This document shows, piece after piece, positions 18,535-27,997 of a stretch of 64,000 bases of DNA; positions within the stretch are counted from its first letter, which is position 1; each line of letters starts with the position of its first letter. This DNA is from Bordetella parapertussis (GTDB lineage Bacteria; Pseudomonadota; Gammaproteobacteria; Burkholderiales; SG8-41), in contig CAMDRT010000011.1 in assembly GCA_945906815.1 (NCBI GenBank), positions 27,091-91,090 on the forward strand, written 5' to 3'. The position numbers and the translations under genes were made by a program. The notes under the pieces were generated by a model that was given only the letters and a program-made list of their open reading frames with translations, searched no databases and had not been told where the DNA came from.

Positions 18535-19482
18535 ATGACCTGGCGTGGGCCTGTGCTTGCATGGTGTGCTGTGGCTGCAGTAGCGGGCGCGGCCGCCGTG
18601 CGCGCGCAGGACGTCTACCCCACCAAACTGATACGCATCGTCACCGCTGCGCCGGGCAGCAATAACGACTGGGGTGCGCGGCTGGTGGCGCAGGAACTGA
18701 TGCCGCGAATGGGACAGCAGGTGATCGTCGAGAACCGCGGCAGCATCGGCGTGGAAGTCGTGGCCAAAGCGCCGGCGGACGGTCACACGCTGCTGTTTTA
18801 TGGTTCGGTGGCATGGATACAGCCGTTTCTTACGGCGGTGAGCTGGGATCCGCTGCGTGATCTGGCGCCGATTACGCTGTCGATGCGTTCGCCCAACGTG
18901 GTGGTGGTGCATCCTGCGCTACCGGTGAGATCGATCCAGGAATTAATCGCGCTGGCCAAGGCCAAACCCGCAGATCTCAATTACGCGGCGGGTGGTTCGG
19001 GTGCGTCGCCGCACCTGGCGGCGGAGCTGTTCAAGTTTATGGCGGGTGTGAACATACTGCGCATCAATTACAAAGGCACTGGGCCGTCGATGATCGGATT
19101 GCTGGGCGGTGAAGTGCATTTGATGTTTCCGGGGCTGGGATCGGTGGTGCCGCATATCAAGAGCGGCAAAGTGCGCGCGCTCGCCGTGACCACCCCTTCG
19201 CGCTCCAAACTCGCGCCCGATTTGCCGACAGTGGGCGAGACTGTGCCGGGATACGAATCAGAATCGCTGATTTGTTTTTTCGCGCCCGCGCGCACCGCGC
19301 CGGCGATCATCGCCCGCTTGAACGGGGACATCAATCACGTCATGAAGACAACGGACGTGAAGCGCCTGAGCGAAGCCGGCGTGGAAGCTGCGGCGACCAC
19401 ACCCGATGAGTTGCTGGCGTACATAAAAGCCGACATGGGGCGTATGAGCAAGCTGATCAAGAGCGCGAGTTTTGCGAACTGA
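18535..19482 (+). CDS. Bug/TctC substrate-binding protein
   Basis: YPTKLIRIV, ADGHTLL, NYKGTGP. Confidence 0.9.
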   Translation: MTWRGPVLAWCAVAAVAGAAAVRAQDVYPTKLIRIVTAAPGSNNDWGARLVAQELMPRMGQQVIVENRGSIGVEVVAKAPADGHTLLFYGSVAWIQPFLTAVSWDPLRDLAPITLSMRSPNVVVVHPALPVRSIQELIALAKAKPADLNYAAGGSGASPHLAAELFKFMAGVNILRINYKGTGPSMIGLLGGEVHLMFPGLGSVVPHIKSGKVRALAVTTPSRSKLAPDLPTVGETVPGYESESLICFFAPARTAPAIIARLNGDINHVMKTTDVKRLSEAGVEAAATTPDELLAYIKADMGRMSKLIKSASFAN

Positions 19483-19511
19483 CAGCACCATCCGCAAAAG
19501 GGGACACAACG

Positions 19512-20993
19512 ATGCGGAAATTTGATGTGGTGGTCGTGGGCAAAGGCAATGCCGCGCTGTGCGCGGCGTTGTCGGCACATGACAAAGGTGCGAGCGTGGC
19601 CATGCTGGAAGCTGCGACGATCGACGAATCCGGCGGCAACAGCCGTTTTGCCGGCGGCGTGATGCGCTTCGCCTACAGCAAGGTCGAGGATTTACAGCAA
19701 ATCACCGACATCCCCGAAGACGAAGCGCGGAACACCGATTGGGACAGCAACACCATCGACGAGTTTTACGACGATCTGTATCGCGTGACGGCTTTTCGCA
19801 CCGACCCCAATCTGAGTGAAGCGCTGATCACCCAAAGCCACGCCGGCATGGTGTGGTTGCGCAGTCAGGGCGCATCGTTCGTGCCGAACTACGGTTCGCA
19901 GTCGGCTATGGTCAACGGCAAGCGCAAGTTTTTTGGACGCTTTCCGCTGACGGTCAACGGTGGCGGCGCGGGTCTGGTGGCGGATTTGACCAAGACCGCA
20001 GAGAAAAAGGGCATTGCGATTTTTTATGAGACGCGTGCAACGTCGCTGCTCTACGACGGCGTGAAGGTGCAGGGCGTGCGCGCCCAGCAACAAGCCCAGC
20101 CGGTCGAGTTTCAGGCGCAGGCGGTGATACTCGCCTGCGGCGGATTCGAAGCCAACCCGGAATGGCGCACGCGCTATCTGGGTCCGGGCTGGGAACTGGC
20201 GAAGGTGCGCGGCACCCGCCATAACCTTGGCGCAGGGCTGAAAATGGCGCTGGACATCGGTGCCTGCCCCTACGGCAACTGGTCGGGGCGTCACGCGGTG
20301 TCGTGGGAGCGCCACGCGCCGGAATTCGGCGTGGTCGAGAAATCGCACGACCCGTATCGCCACAGCTACCCGCTGTCGATCATGATCAACGCGGAAGGCA
20401 AGCGCTTCGTCGATGAGGGCCAGGACTTTTACAACTACACCTACGCCAAGTACGGCGCGGAAGTGCTGCGCCAGCCGGGGCAATACGCCTATCAGGTGTT
20501 CGACGCCAAGTCCAAACCGCTGCTCAAAAAAGAATACAGCGGCCGCGAAGTGACCAAATTCGTGGCGCCTACGCTGGAGGAACTGGCGGCCAAACTCGAA
20601 GGTGTAGATGCGCAGGGCTTCCTCAACACCGTAAGGGCCTACAACGCTGGGGTGAAACAGGAGGTGCCGTTTAATCACGCCGTACGCGATGGACGCTGCA
20701 CCGTCGGCATAGAGCCAGTGAAATCCAACTGGGCGCAGCCGCTGGATACGCCACCGTATGAAGCCTATGGCGTGACCTGCGGCATCACTTTCACCTTTGG
20801 CGGCCTGCGCATCAACCACGAAACCGGGCAAGTGCTGGACCTCGGTTACCAACCGCTGCCAGGGCTTTATGCCGCGGGCGAAATGGTCGGCGGTATTTTT
20901 TACTTTAACTATCCGGCGGGCACCGGCCTGGTGTCGGGCACGGTATTCGGCAGGATTGCCGGCAATGGCGCGGGTGACGCGCTCAAAAACTAG
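19512..20993 (+). CDS. tcuA: FAD-dependent tricarballylate dehydrogenase-like flavoprotein (TcuA/CobZ family)
   Basis: VVGKGNAA, GGNSRFAGG, ACGGFEAN.EWR.RYLG, GITFTFGG, YPAGTGL. Confidence 0.75.
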   Translation: MRKFDVVVVGKGNAALCAALSAHDKGASVAMLEAATIDESGGNSRFAGGVMRFAYSKVEDLQQITDIPEDEARNTDWDSNTIDEFYDDLYRVTAFRTDPNLSEALITQSHAGMVWLRSQGASFVPNYGSQSAMVNGKRKFFGRFPLTVNGGGAGLVADLTKTAEKKGIAIFYETRATSLLYDGVKVQGVRAQQQAQPVEFQAQAVILACGGFEANPEWRTRYLGPGWELAKVRGTRHNLGAGLKMALDIGACPYGNWSGRHAVSWERHAPEFGVVEKSHDPYRHSYPLSIMINAEGKRFVDEGQDFYNYTYAKYGAEVLRQPGQYAYQVFDAKSKPLLKKEYSGREVTKFVAPTLEELAAKLEGVDAQGFLNTVRAYNAGVKQEVPFNHAVRDGRCTVGIEPVKSNWAQPLDTPPYEAYGVTCGITFTFGGLRINHETGQVLDLGYQPLPGLYAAGEMVGGIFYFNYPAGTGLVSGTVFGRIAGNGAGDALKN

Positions 20994-21045
20994 TGTAGTG
21001 CTTCACTCTATGCGGCCCTTATGCAACGACACGGCACCAGCGAAA

Positions 21046-21158
21046 CTCCTCCCCTTTCAAGGGGGAGAGCGTAGCGAGGGGGCATCTGGGAGGGGGATGG
21101 GGTAAAGTCGCGCGAATGCCACCCCATCCCCACCCTAGCCCTCCCCTTGAAGGGGAGG
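21046..21158. repeat. REP-like element (CTCCCC..GGGGAG class)
   Basis: ctcccctttcaagggggag ... ggagggggatgggg / ccccatccccaccc ... ctccccttgaaggggag. Confidence 0.8.
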
Positions 21159-21206
21159 TAATTTCCCATGAATTGCGAAGCAGTACACTAATCTCGGAAA
21201 GATCTC

Positions 21207-22232
21207 ATGAACACAGCAAGCCTGCTTGACAGCGATGAACCCGACAGCGTGCGCCTGACGGAGGCCGAGGCGCGTGCCCTTGGCGAAACGGCGGTGCAGC
21301 GCATCGGCTACAGCGCAGAGGACGCGCGCATCGTGGTGGATCAGTTGATCGACAACATGCTGTGTGGATACACCTTCGCCGGCCTGCCGCGCATTCTGGC
21401 GATGGCCGGTGACAAAAAACTCAAGCTGGGCCGCACGCCGATCACGGTGGTGCAGGAAACCCCGGTTTCCGCACTGCTGGACGGCGGCAACAATGTCGGT
21501 TACGTGGCGTGCTACCACGCCGCGCAAAAAGCGCTGGATAAAGCCAAGACGCATGGCATCGCCTGTGTCGGCGTCTACAACAGCTATTACAGCGGGCGTA
21601 ACGCCTATTTTGTCGAGCACATCGTGAAGCAGGGCTATGTGGCCATGCACACGGCGAGCGCGCAACCGCACGTGGTGCCCCCTGGCGCAACGCGGCCGGC
21701 GCTGGGGACCAATCCGATCTGTTTTGGTTTCCCGTCGGAAGAGGGGCCGGTGACGTTCGACATCGGCACCGCGTCGCTGATGTGGGGCGACATCATGTTG
21801 CACGCGCATTTGGGTGAGCCCTTGCCCGAGGGCGTGGGTATCGATGAACACGGCAATCCCACGCGCGATGCCGCTGCGGCACTGCAAGGCGGGGTAACGC
21901 CGTTCGGCGGCAAGGATCATGTTTACAAGGGCTACGGTTTGAGTTTCGCGATACAGGCGCTGGGGCTGCTCGCGGGCTCATTCCTCGCGCAAGACAGGGT
22001 GCGCGACTACGGCTTTTTGTTCTGGGTGGTGAATCCGCAAATCATGCTGCCCGGCAACGACTTCAGTCAGCGCATGTCCCAGTATGTGCGCGAGATGAAA
22101 GCACTGCCCAAACAGCAGGGCGTAAAGGAAATACGCATTCCATCGGAACGCGCCAGCAGGGAGCGGGAACGCCGGCGCATCGAAGGCCTAGTGATCAAGC
22201 GCAAGGTGGTGGAGTCTTTGAAGGCGCTTTGA
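21207..22232 (+). CDS. Ldh_2 family (malate/L-lactate/sulfolactate-type) oxidoreductase
   Basis: LGTNPICFGFP, FDIGTA, G.PT.DAAAAL.G, YKGYGL. Confidence 0.9.
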   Translation: MNTASLLDSDEPDSVRLTEAEARALGETAVQRIGYSAEDARIVVDQLIDNMLCGYTFAGLPRILAMAGDKKLKLGRTPITVVQETPVSALLDGGNNVGYVACYHAAQKALDKAKTHGIACVGVYNSYYSGRNAYFVEHIVKQGYVAMHTASAQPHVVPPGATRPALGTNPICFGFPSEEGPVTFDIGTASLMWGDIMLHAHLGEPLPEGVGIDEHGNPTRDAAAALQGGVTPFGGKDHVYKGYGLSFAIQALGLLAGSFLAQDRVRDYGFLFWVVNPQIMLPGNDFSQRMSQYVREMKALPKQQGVKEIRIPSERASRERERRRIEGLVIKRKVVESLKAL

Positions 22233-22256
22233 TTTTGTAGTTTCTGCCAAGGCAAC

Positions 22257-22838
22257 ATGCACATGACGCAAGAAGACAAACCCGAAATCTACGTCAGCAC
22301 CGACGTCGAAACCGACGGCCCCATTCCGGGACCCTACTCCATGCTGAGCATCGGCTGCGCGGCGTATCTGGCTGACAAAACGCTGGTCAGCACCTTCTCC
22401 GCCAATCTGGAAACGCTGCCCGGCGCCAGCGGCCACCCTCGAACCATGGCGTGGTGGGAAACGCAACAGCCCGCATGGGAAGCCTGCCGCAAAGATTGCG
22501 TGCCGCCGGAAAAAGCGATGGCCGATTGTCTCGCCTGGTTGCGAGGGCTGCCCGGCATGCCGGTATTCGTGGGGTTTCCGGTGACCTTTGATTTTATGTT
22601 CGTGCAATGGTACCTGTTCCGCTTTACCGGCAGCAGCCCGTTGGCACACTCGGGCATCGACCTGCGCACGCTGGGCATGGCGCTCACCAATTCAAACTGG
22701 CAGCAGTCGACCAAGGCGCATTTGCCCAAACGCTGGTTTGACCCCTTGCCACATACGCATGTAGCACTGGATGATGCGCTGGAGCAGGGCGCGATGTTTT
22801 GCAATATGCTGGCTGAACTGCGGCAGAAAAACTGGTGA
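22257..22838 (+). CDS. DEDDh 3'-5' exonuclease (RNase AS-like)
   Basis: [22 protein letters not shown]. Confidence 0.82.
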   Translation: MHMTQEDKPEIYVSTDVETDGPIPGPYSMLSIGCAAYLADKTLVSTFSANLETLPGASGHPRTMAWWETQQPAWEACRKDCVPPEKAMADCLAWLRGLPGMPVFVGFPVTFDFMFVQWYLFRFTGSSPLAHSGIDLRTLGMALTNSNWQQSTKAHLPKRWFDPLPHTHVALDDALEQGAMFCNMLAELRQKNW

Positions 22839-22924
22839 TGGCGGTACCGTTTTCCGCTCACCTGCGCGCCGCAGTTGAGCGCTGGGCGCAGTTGATCAAA
22901 ACCCATAAAATCAGCGTGGATTAG
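22838..22924 (+). pseudogene. 28-aa ORF resembling the C-terminus of a Bug receptor
   Basis: [28 protein letters not shown] resembles the ends of Bug paralogs in this window (e.g. FNDVVKNEIAKWRKIVNQLGIKVD). Confidence 0.6.
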
Positions 22925-22977
22925 TCATCGACCATCCACCACGGTACGCCGCGAACTCACTCAAAGCGATTGCCGCC

Positions 22978-23802
22978 ATGATCGCCGGTACCGCGTTACT
23001 GCTGGGCAACGATGCGGCAACGAAATTGCTGTCGCAATCTTACCCGGTGGGACAGGTGATCTGCCTGCGGCAGGCGGCGACGCTGCTGGTGATCGTGCCC
23101 TACATCATGGCCGTCAGCGGGTGGGGCGCGGCGCGCGTGGCGCACTGGCCGGGGCAGATATTTCGCGGACTGTTGTTCGTGGTCAGTTCCGCATTCATGG
23201 TGACCAGTCTGAGCCTGCTGCCGCTGACCACGGTGATCGCGATCACCTTTGTGAGTCCGATATTTGTTGTGCTGTTGTCGGCGCCGCTGCTGGGCGAGCA
23301 CGTGGGTGCACGGCGCTGGAGCGCGGTGCTGATCGGCTTCGTCGGCGTGCTGTTGATTGTACGGCCCGGCGCAGCAGGTTTCGAGTGGGTGTTGCTGCTG
23401 CCGGTGGCCACCGCGCTCATCAATGGCCTGCGCGATATCGTAACGCGGCGCTTGTCGCGTAGCGAGACCTCGATTTCGATCCTGCTATGCTCGACGCTGA
23501 TCGTCATGCTAGGGGGCCTCGCTACCGCACCCTTCGGCTGGCACGCGCTGGATGCGCGCGGCGCACTGCTGATTCTGCTGGCGGGCGTGTGCAATGCCGG
23601 CGCCCACTTTCTGATGATCGAGGCCTTGCGCATGGGTGAAGCGTCGCTGGTGGCGCCATTTCGCTATACCTCGTTTGTGTGGGCGCTATTGTTCGGTTAC
23701 CTGTTGTGGAATGAAGTCCCCGGACTGTGGGTGGCACTGGGCGTCGGCTTGATTATCGGCGGCGGGTTGTTTGCGTTTCGGGGAGCCGCAAGGCGCGCGT
23801 GA
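22978..23802 (+). CDS. DMT/EamA family transporter
   Basis: About 10 hydrophobic helices, LLGEHVGARRW, VRPG, APFRY. Confidence 0.9.
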   Translation: MIAGTALLLGNDAATKLLSQSYPVGQVICLRQAATLLVIVPYIMAVSGWGAARVAHWPGQIFRGLLFVVSSAFMVTSLSLLPLTTVIAITFVSPIFVVLLSAPLLGEHVGARRWSAVLIGFVGVLLIVRPGAAGFEWVLLLPVATALINGLRDIVTRRLSRSETSISILLCSTLIVMLGGLATAPFGWHALDARGALLILLAGVCNAGAHFLMIEALRMGEASLVAPFRYTSFVWALLFGYLLWNEVPGLWVALGVGLIIGGGLFAFRGAARRA

Positions 23803-23834
23803 CGTTACTTGCGTCGCACGCCAAATCCCTGCCG

Positions 23835-25145
23835 TTACCCGGCAAGCGCCTGATACACAAGCTGGCGCATCAGCCCGCGCAGCCGCTGCTGCCCCGGCGC
23901 CTGCACCATCATGATGGCGATGAGTTGCTCTTGCGGATCCACCCAGAACGCAGTGCCGAACGCACCGTTCCAGTAGTACTCGCCCACCGATCCGGGCAGC
24001 GGATTTTTGCCTTGCTCGGTGCGCACCACAAAGCCGAGTCCCCAGCCCTGCCCCACGTCGGGCGATGGCCCCGCCGCGCCTTGCGTAACGATATGCGGGG
24101 TGTAGCGTATGCCTGAGGGCAGATGATTGGCAGTCATAGACGCCACGCTATGCTTTGACACGATGCGCACGCCTTCAAGTTCGCCGCCGTTGAGCAGCAT
24201 CTGGCAAAAGCGCACATAGTCCGACGCGGTTGCCACCATGCCGCCACCGCCACCGTAGCGCTTGGGTGGCGACTGCACATTGCGTGTGACGATGCGCTGG
24301 CCGGTGGCTTTGTTGATGTGTGATTCGGCGATGCGCCCGTGATGCGCGGACGGCACCGAGAAACCTGCGTCCCGGATGCCCAGCGGTTTGGAAATGCGCT
24401 CGCGAATAAACGTATCTAGGTCCTGTCCCGATACTACTTCCACCACACGCCCCAGCACATCGGTTGCCACGCTGTAGTCCCAGGTGCTTCCCGGTTGATG
24501 CGCGAGCGGCAGTTTTGACAGCCGCGTGATGAATTCCGGCGTGCTCAACTCCGGGCTGGAAATGCCGGCTTTGTCGTATTCGGTTTTGACCAGCGTCTTC
24601 GCGCCAAATTGGCCGTAGGTCAGCCCTGCGGTATGGCGCAGCAAATCCTGTAGCGTCATCTCGCGGCGCACCGGTTCGAGCACCAGCCTGGTCTCGCCGC
24701 CGGCATCTTTCTGCTCGACGCCAACTTGCAGCCCTTTGAATTCCGGCAAAAAATGCGACACCGGGTCGGTCAGCACGAGCTTGCCTTCTTCGGCCAGCAT
24801 CAGGGTGGCGACCGATACAAACGGCTTGGTCATCGACGCCAAACGAAAAATGGCGTCCGCCGGCATGACATCACCCACTTGCGGATCGCGCATGCCCAGC
24901 GTCTCGTAATAGGCCACCTTGCCGCGGCGCGCGACCAGCAGCACCGCGCCGGGCATGGTGCCTTTGTCGATCTCGGCTTTGAAGGTCTCGGTCAGGCGCT
25001 TGAGACGCTCCGATGAGAGGCCGACTTCTTCCGGAGTTTTCGCGCGCGGCAGGCCCTGCGCCGCCGCTGTGAATGAACACAAACACCACAGTAATGCCGG
25101 CAACGAACGGCGGAGTGCGACGGCGACGTACATGGTGTGCGACAT
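23835..25145 (-). CDS. serine hydrolase (beta-lactamase/EstB family), exported
   Basis: Signal peptide, FRLASMTK (SxxK), LLRHTAG, WDYS, W.GAFGT.FWVDP. Confidence 0.9.
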   Translation of the reverse strand: MSHTMYVAVALRRSLPALLWCLCSFTAAAQGLPRAKTPEEVGLSSERLKRLTETFKAEIDKGTMPGAVLLVARRGKVAYYETLGMRDPQVGDVMPADAIFRLASMTKPFVSVATLMLAEEGKLVLTDPVSHFLPEFKGLQVGVEQKDAGGETRLVLEPVRREMTLQDLLRHTAGLTYGQFGAKTLVKTEYDKAGISSPELSTPEFITRLSKLPLAHQPGSTWDYSVATDVLGRVVEVVSGQDLDTFIRERISKPLGIRDAGFSVPSAHHGRIAESHINKATGQRIVTRNVQSPPKRYGGGGGMVATASDYVRFCQMLLNGGELEGVRIVSKHSVASMTANHLPSGIRYTPHIVTQGAAGPSPDVGQGWGLGFVVRTEQGKNPLPGSVGEYYWNGAFGTAFWVDPQEQLIAIMMVQAPGQQRLRGLMRQLVYQALAG

Positions 25146-25197
25146 AATTCGATCCCTTTTGTGGTTGGCCGCGCGCAATGCTTCGCTTCACTTGTCC

Positions 25198-25932
25198 CTA
25201 TTGCACTGCAGCCCCCAACGACTTGCGTGCCCACTCGGCATAGGTGCCGGTGTCTATCATCTTGCGGCGTATCACGCCGCGCAGGGCTTCGAGTTCCTCA
25301 ACGCTGGGCGCGGGCGTAGCCGCTGCAGGGCCTTCCCCAATGTCAAAGCCGGTACTGTCGCGAATGTCATCCAACGTATAGCCTGGATGCACGGTATCCA
25401 GCCGAAATAACCCCGCGTCCTTGTCAAACAAGAAATTCGCCTTCGGCGTTACCAGCTTGGTGGGATTACCGTGCCGCAGCACATCCGGCGGCGTGCTGCC
25501 GGCGGCGGAGATGTAATCCACTTTCTCCACCAGCGAACGCTGCGTGTGCTCGGTGCGAAATACCACTGTGCGCCGCGCGCCGTAATAGATCATGCCACCG
25601 CCGTAACCACCGGGGAAACGCGCTGTGGGATGATCCAGGTCCGGGCCGAGCTGATGCAGGTTGTAGTTGCCGTGGCGATCCACCTGCACGCCACTGGCAA
25701 AAAACAGACCCAGCTCGCCGCGCTGCGCCAGAAAATGGAATTGCCTGGAGGTGTGAAACGGATTGAAGATGGAATTCAGAATGATCAATTCCGCGTTCGG
25801 TGCGTGCAGTGCCTGTGCCAGCAGCAGGCCGGCAGCAGGAATATGCGACAGTGCTCCGCACGCGGAGATCTCGCCATCGCGCACCTCGCGCGACAGCAGG
25901 ATCACCAGTAATTCGGCGTCCGTGTATGCCAT
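25198..25932 (-). CDS. family I CoA-transferase-fold beta subunit (GctB/IpdB-like)
   Basis: SGVQVDRHGNYN, RFPGGYG, EH..RSLVEKVDYISA, HPG; its ATG overlaps the alpha-subunit stop (TGATG). Confidence 0.88.
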   Translation of the reverse strand: MAYTDAELLVILLSREVRDGEISACGALSHIPAAGLLLAQALHAPNAELIILNSIFNPFHTSRQFHFLAQRGELGLFFASGVQVDRHGNYNLHQLGPDLDHPTARFPGGYGGGMIYYGARRTVVFRTEHTQRSLVEKVDYISAAGSTPPDVLRHGNPTKLVTPKANFLFDKDAGLFRLDTVHPGYTLDDIRDSTGFDIGEGPAAATPAPSVEELEALRGVIRRKMIDTGTYAEWARKSLGAAVQ

Positions 25933-26810
25933 CAGCCCACCACCGCCTGCGCCGGCTGCCGCCACGCCAAGGGGACAAAACGCGCCACATAATCATCGTG
26001 GTCGCGCACGCCATACACGTGCGTCTGTAAATACTCCTCGAACGCGGCATCGTCCTTCGACGCGATCACGTATTGCCGCATGTGGTGGTTGTCGGGCGCA
26101 TACACACCAAGGCACCCCGCCGGGTGGGCGCCAAACGGCGCATGCGCCACGGCATCCACGTGGATGGACGGTATGAAAGCGCCGATCGCTTCCTTTTCCG
26201 TCAAATGGTCAACCACACGCTCGGCGGTGACGATCACGTGTTTCGAGGCTTCCGCCAGTATCACTGCCTCGGCTTCGTAGCCGCAGGACACGTTGCCATG
26301 ACGATCGGCCACCTGCGCGTGGAACACAGCGACGTCCGGGCGCAACGCCTTGGCCACCACTGATTTGGTCTTGCCGTCAAACGGATCAACGGCTATCACC
26401 ATATCGTCGCGGCGCTGCAGCAGATCCGTGCCGACCAACCCCACCACCGGCACGTAGGGCACTCCCATAGACCCAGCCTGGGCCTGTGCAAAGAGCACCC
26501 CTCAGGTATTGTCGAGCGACCGCACTCTGCCCGCCAGCACGTAGCGCACAAAATTAGGACCGCTGCGGGCGAATTCGCCGAAGGTCACGCTGCAGGTGTC
26601 CACCACCTTCACTGCGCCCGCGCCCACCAGAAAATCAATATTGATGTCACCGCCTACCACGCCCACCACGCGCAGGTCGCGCGTGCCCTGCCGCACCAAC
26701 TGGCGCAGCAATGCCATCGGCGCACGATGGATATTGGCGCTCATCACCAATTGCGCGCCGGTCTTGATCGCCGCTGCCGCCTGCTCCAGTGTCGTGAGTT
26801 TGTCACGCAT
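25932..26810 (-). CDS. family I CoA-transferase-fold alpha subunit, 292 aa, in-frame TGA at codon 103 (candidate selenocysteine)
   Basis: MRDKLTTLEQAAA...DFLVGAG...SLDNT-TGA-GVLFAQAQAGSMGVPYVP...RPDVAVFHAQ.AD.HGN...GAHP; both halves in one frame; SD AAGGAGG; downstream SECIS-like hairpin. Confidence 0.85.
26456..26501 (-). promoter_or_regulatory. putative bacterial SECIS hairpin
   Basis: mRNA after UGA: GGGGUGCUCUUUGCAC-AGGCCCA-GGC-UGGGUCU-AUGGGAGUGCCCU; 7-bp upper stem, G-initial loop 23 nt after UGA, lower stem GGGUGCUC/GAGUGCCC. Confidence 0.72.
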
Positions 26811-27003
26811 GTGATCCTCCTTGATCCACGATTCGATTCATTGAAAAATCCGTCCGCCGCAAGCCGACGCTACAACGAAGTGTAGCCCGAATAGCCGCTC
26901 AGTAGCAGACGCTATTCTATTTTCAACCCGGCTGGTTTCACTGACTAGCCATTTCGTTGCACAATAGCCCCGCAATCGTTTTATTTTTTAATGGGAGGCA
27001 TTC

Positions 27004-27957
27004 ATGCTTACTGCGGCAATAGCTTTGTTGATTTTCGCGGCAACCGCGCACGCGCAGGATTTTCCGAGCAAACCGCTACGCATCGTCGTGCCGACGGCAC
27101 CGGGCGGCTCGTCCGACATTCTGGGGCGCCTGATCGGCGCCAAATTGCACGAACGGCTAGGGCAGCCAGCGGTGGTGGAAAACCGCGCCGGCGCCGGCCA
27201 GATGATAGGCGCGGATGTGGTCGCCAAAGCGCCCGCTGACGGGCACACCATGCTGCTGCCCACGGTGACTTACACCACCAGCGCTGCGACCCAATCGAAG
27301 CTGCCGTTTGATGCGGTGAATGACCTGACCGGCATCACCATGATCGGCGAAGGCGTGTTTTTGCTCGCGGTGCATCCGTCGCTGCCAGTGAAATCGGTGA
27401 AGGAACTGCTCGCGCTCGCGCGCGCCAGGCCGGGTAGTCTGATTTATGCGTCGTCGGGAACCGGCGGCATCACGCATTTGATTACCGAGGTGCTCGCCGC
27501 AAACACCAACATCAAACTCGTGCATGTGCCCTATAAGGGCGTGGCGCCCGCGGTCATCGATGTCGTCGGCGGGCATGTGCCGATGATTATCGTCAGCGTG
27601 CCCTCGGTGTTGCCCCAGGTCAAAGCGGGCCGCCTGCGCGCGCTCGCCTCTACCGGCGCGCAGCGCTCCCCGTTCGTGCCCGAACTGCCGACGGTGGCGG
27701 AAGCGGGTGTCCCCGGCTACGAAGCGCGTCAATGGTGGGGCATGCTGGCGCCGGGTAAAACACCGCGCGCCGTCATCGGCAAGCTCAACGGCGAGATCCA
27801 CAACATCCTCGCCTCCGCTGACGTCAAAGCGCGGCTCGCCGACGAAGGCGCCGAGCCGATACTGCGCATGACGCCGGAAGCCTTCAACGACGTCGTGAAA
27901 AACGAGATTGCGAAATGGCGCAAAATCGTCAATCAACTGGGTATCAAGGTGGATTGA
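27004..27957 (+). CDS. Bug/TctC substrate-binding protein
   Basis: FPSKPLRIVVPTAPGG, ENRAGAG, HVPYKG. Confidence 0.93.
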   Translation: MLTAAIALLIFAATAHAQDFPSKPLRIVVPTAPGGSSDILGRLIGAKLHERLGQPAVVENRAGAGQMIGADVVAKAPADGHTMLLPTVTYTTSAATQSKLPFDAVNDLTGITMIGEGVFLLAVHPSLPVKSVKELLALARARPGSLIYASSGTGGITHLITEVLAANTNIKLVHVPYKGVAPAVIDVVGGHVPMIIVSVPSVLPQVKAGRLRALASTGAQRSPFVPELPTVAEAGVPGYEARQWWGMLAPGKTPRAVIGKLNGEIHNILASADVKARLADEGAEPILRMTPEAFNDVVKNEIAKWRKIVNQLGIKVD

Positions 27958-27997
27958 TTTTCTGTATGCCTATGCGCATAGCGCGGGAGGAGGATTG

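Noticed and set aside
23835-25145. Beta-lactam resistance gene
   Set aside because: The motifs fit the broad EstB-like serine hydrolase family; nothing indicates a class C beta-lactamase
25932-26810. Treating 26502-26810 and 25932-26498 as two genes or as a pseudogene
   Set aside because: Same frame, a single TGA, no other decay, a SECIS-like hairpin and an intact coupled partner; a nonsense mutation remains possible but is less parsimonious
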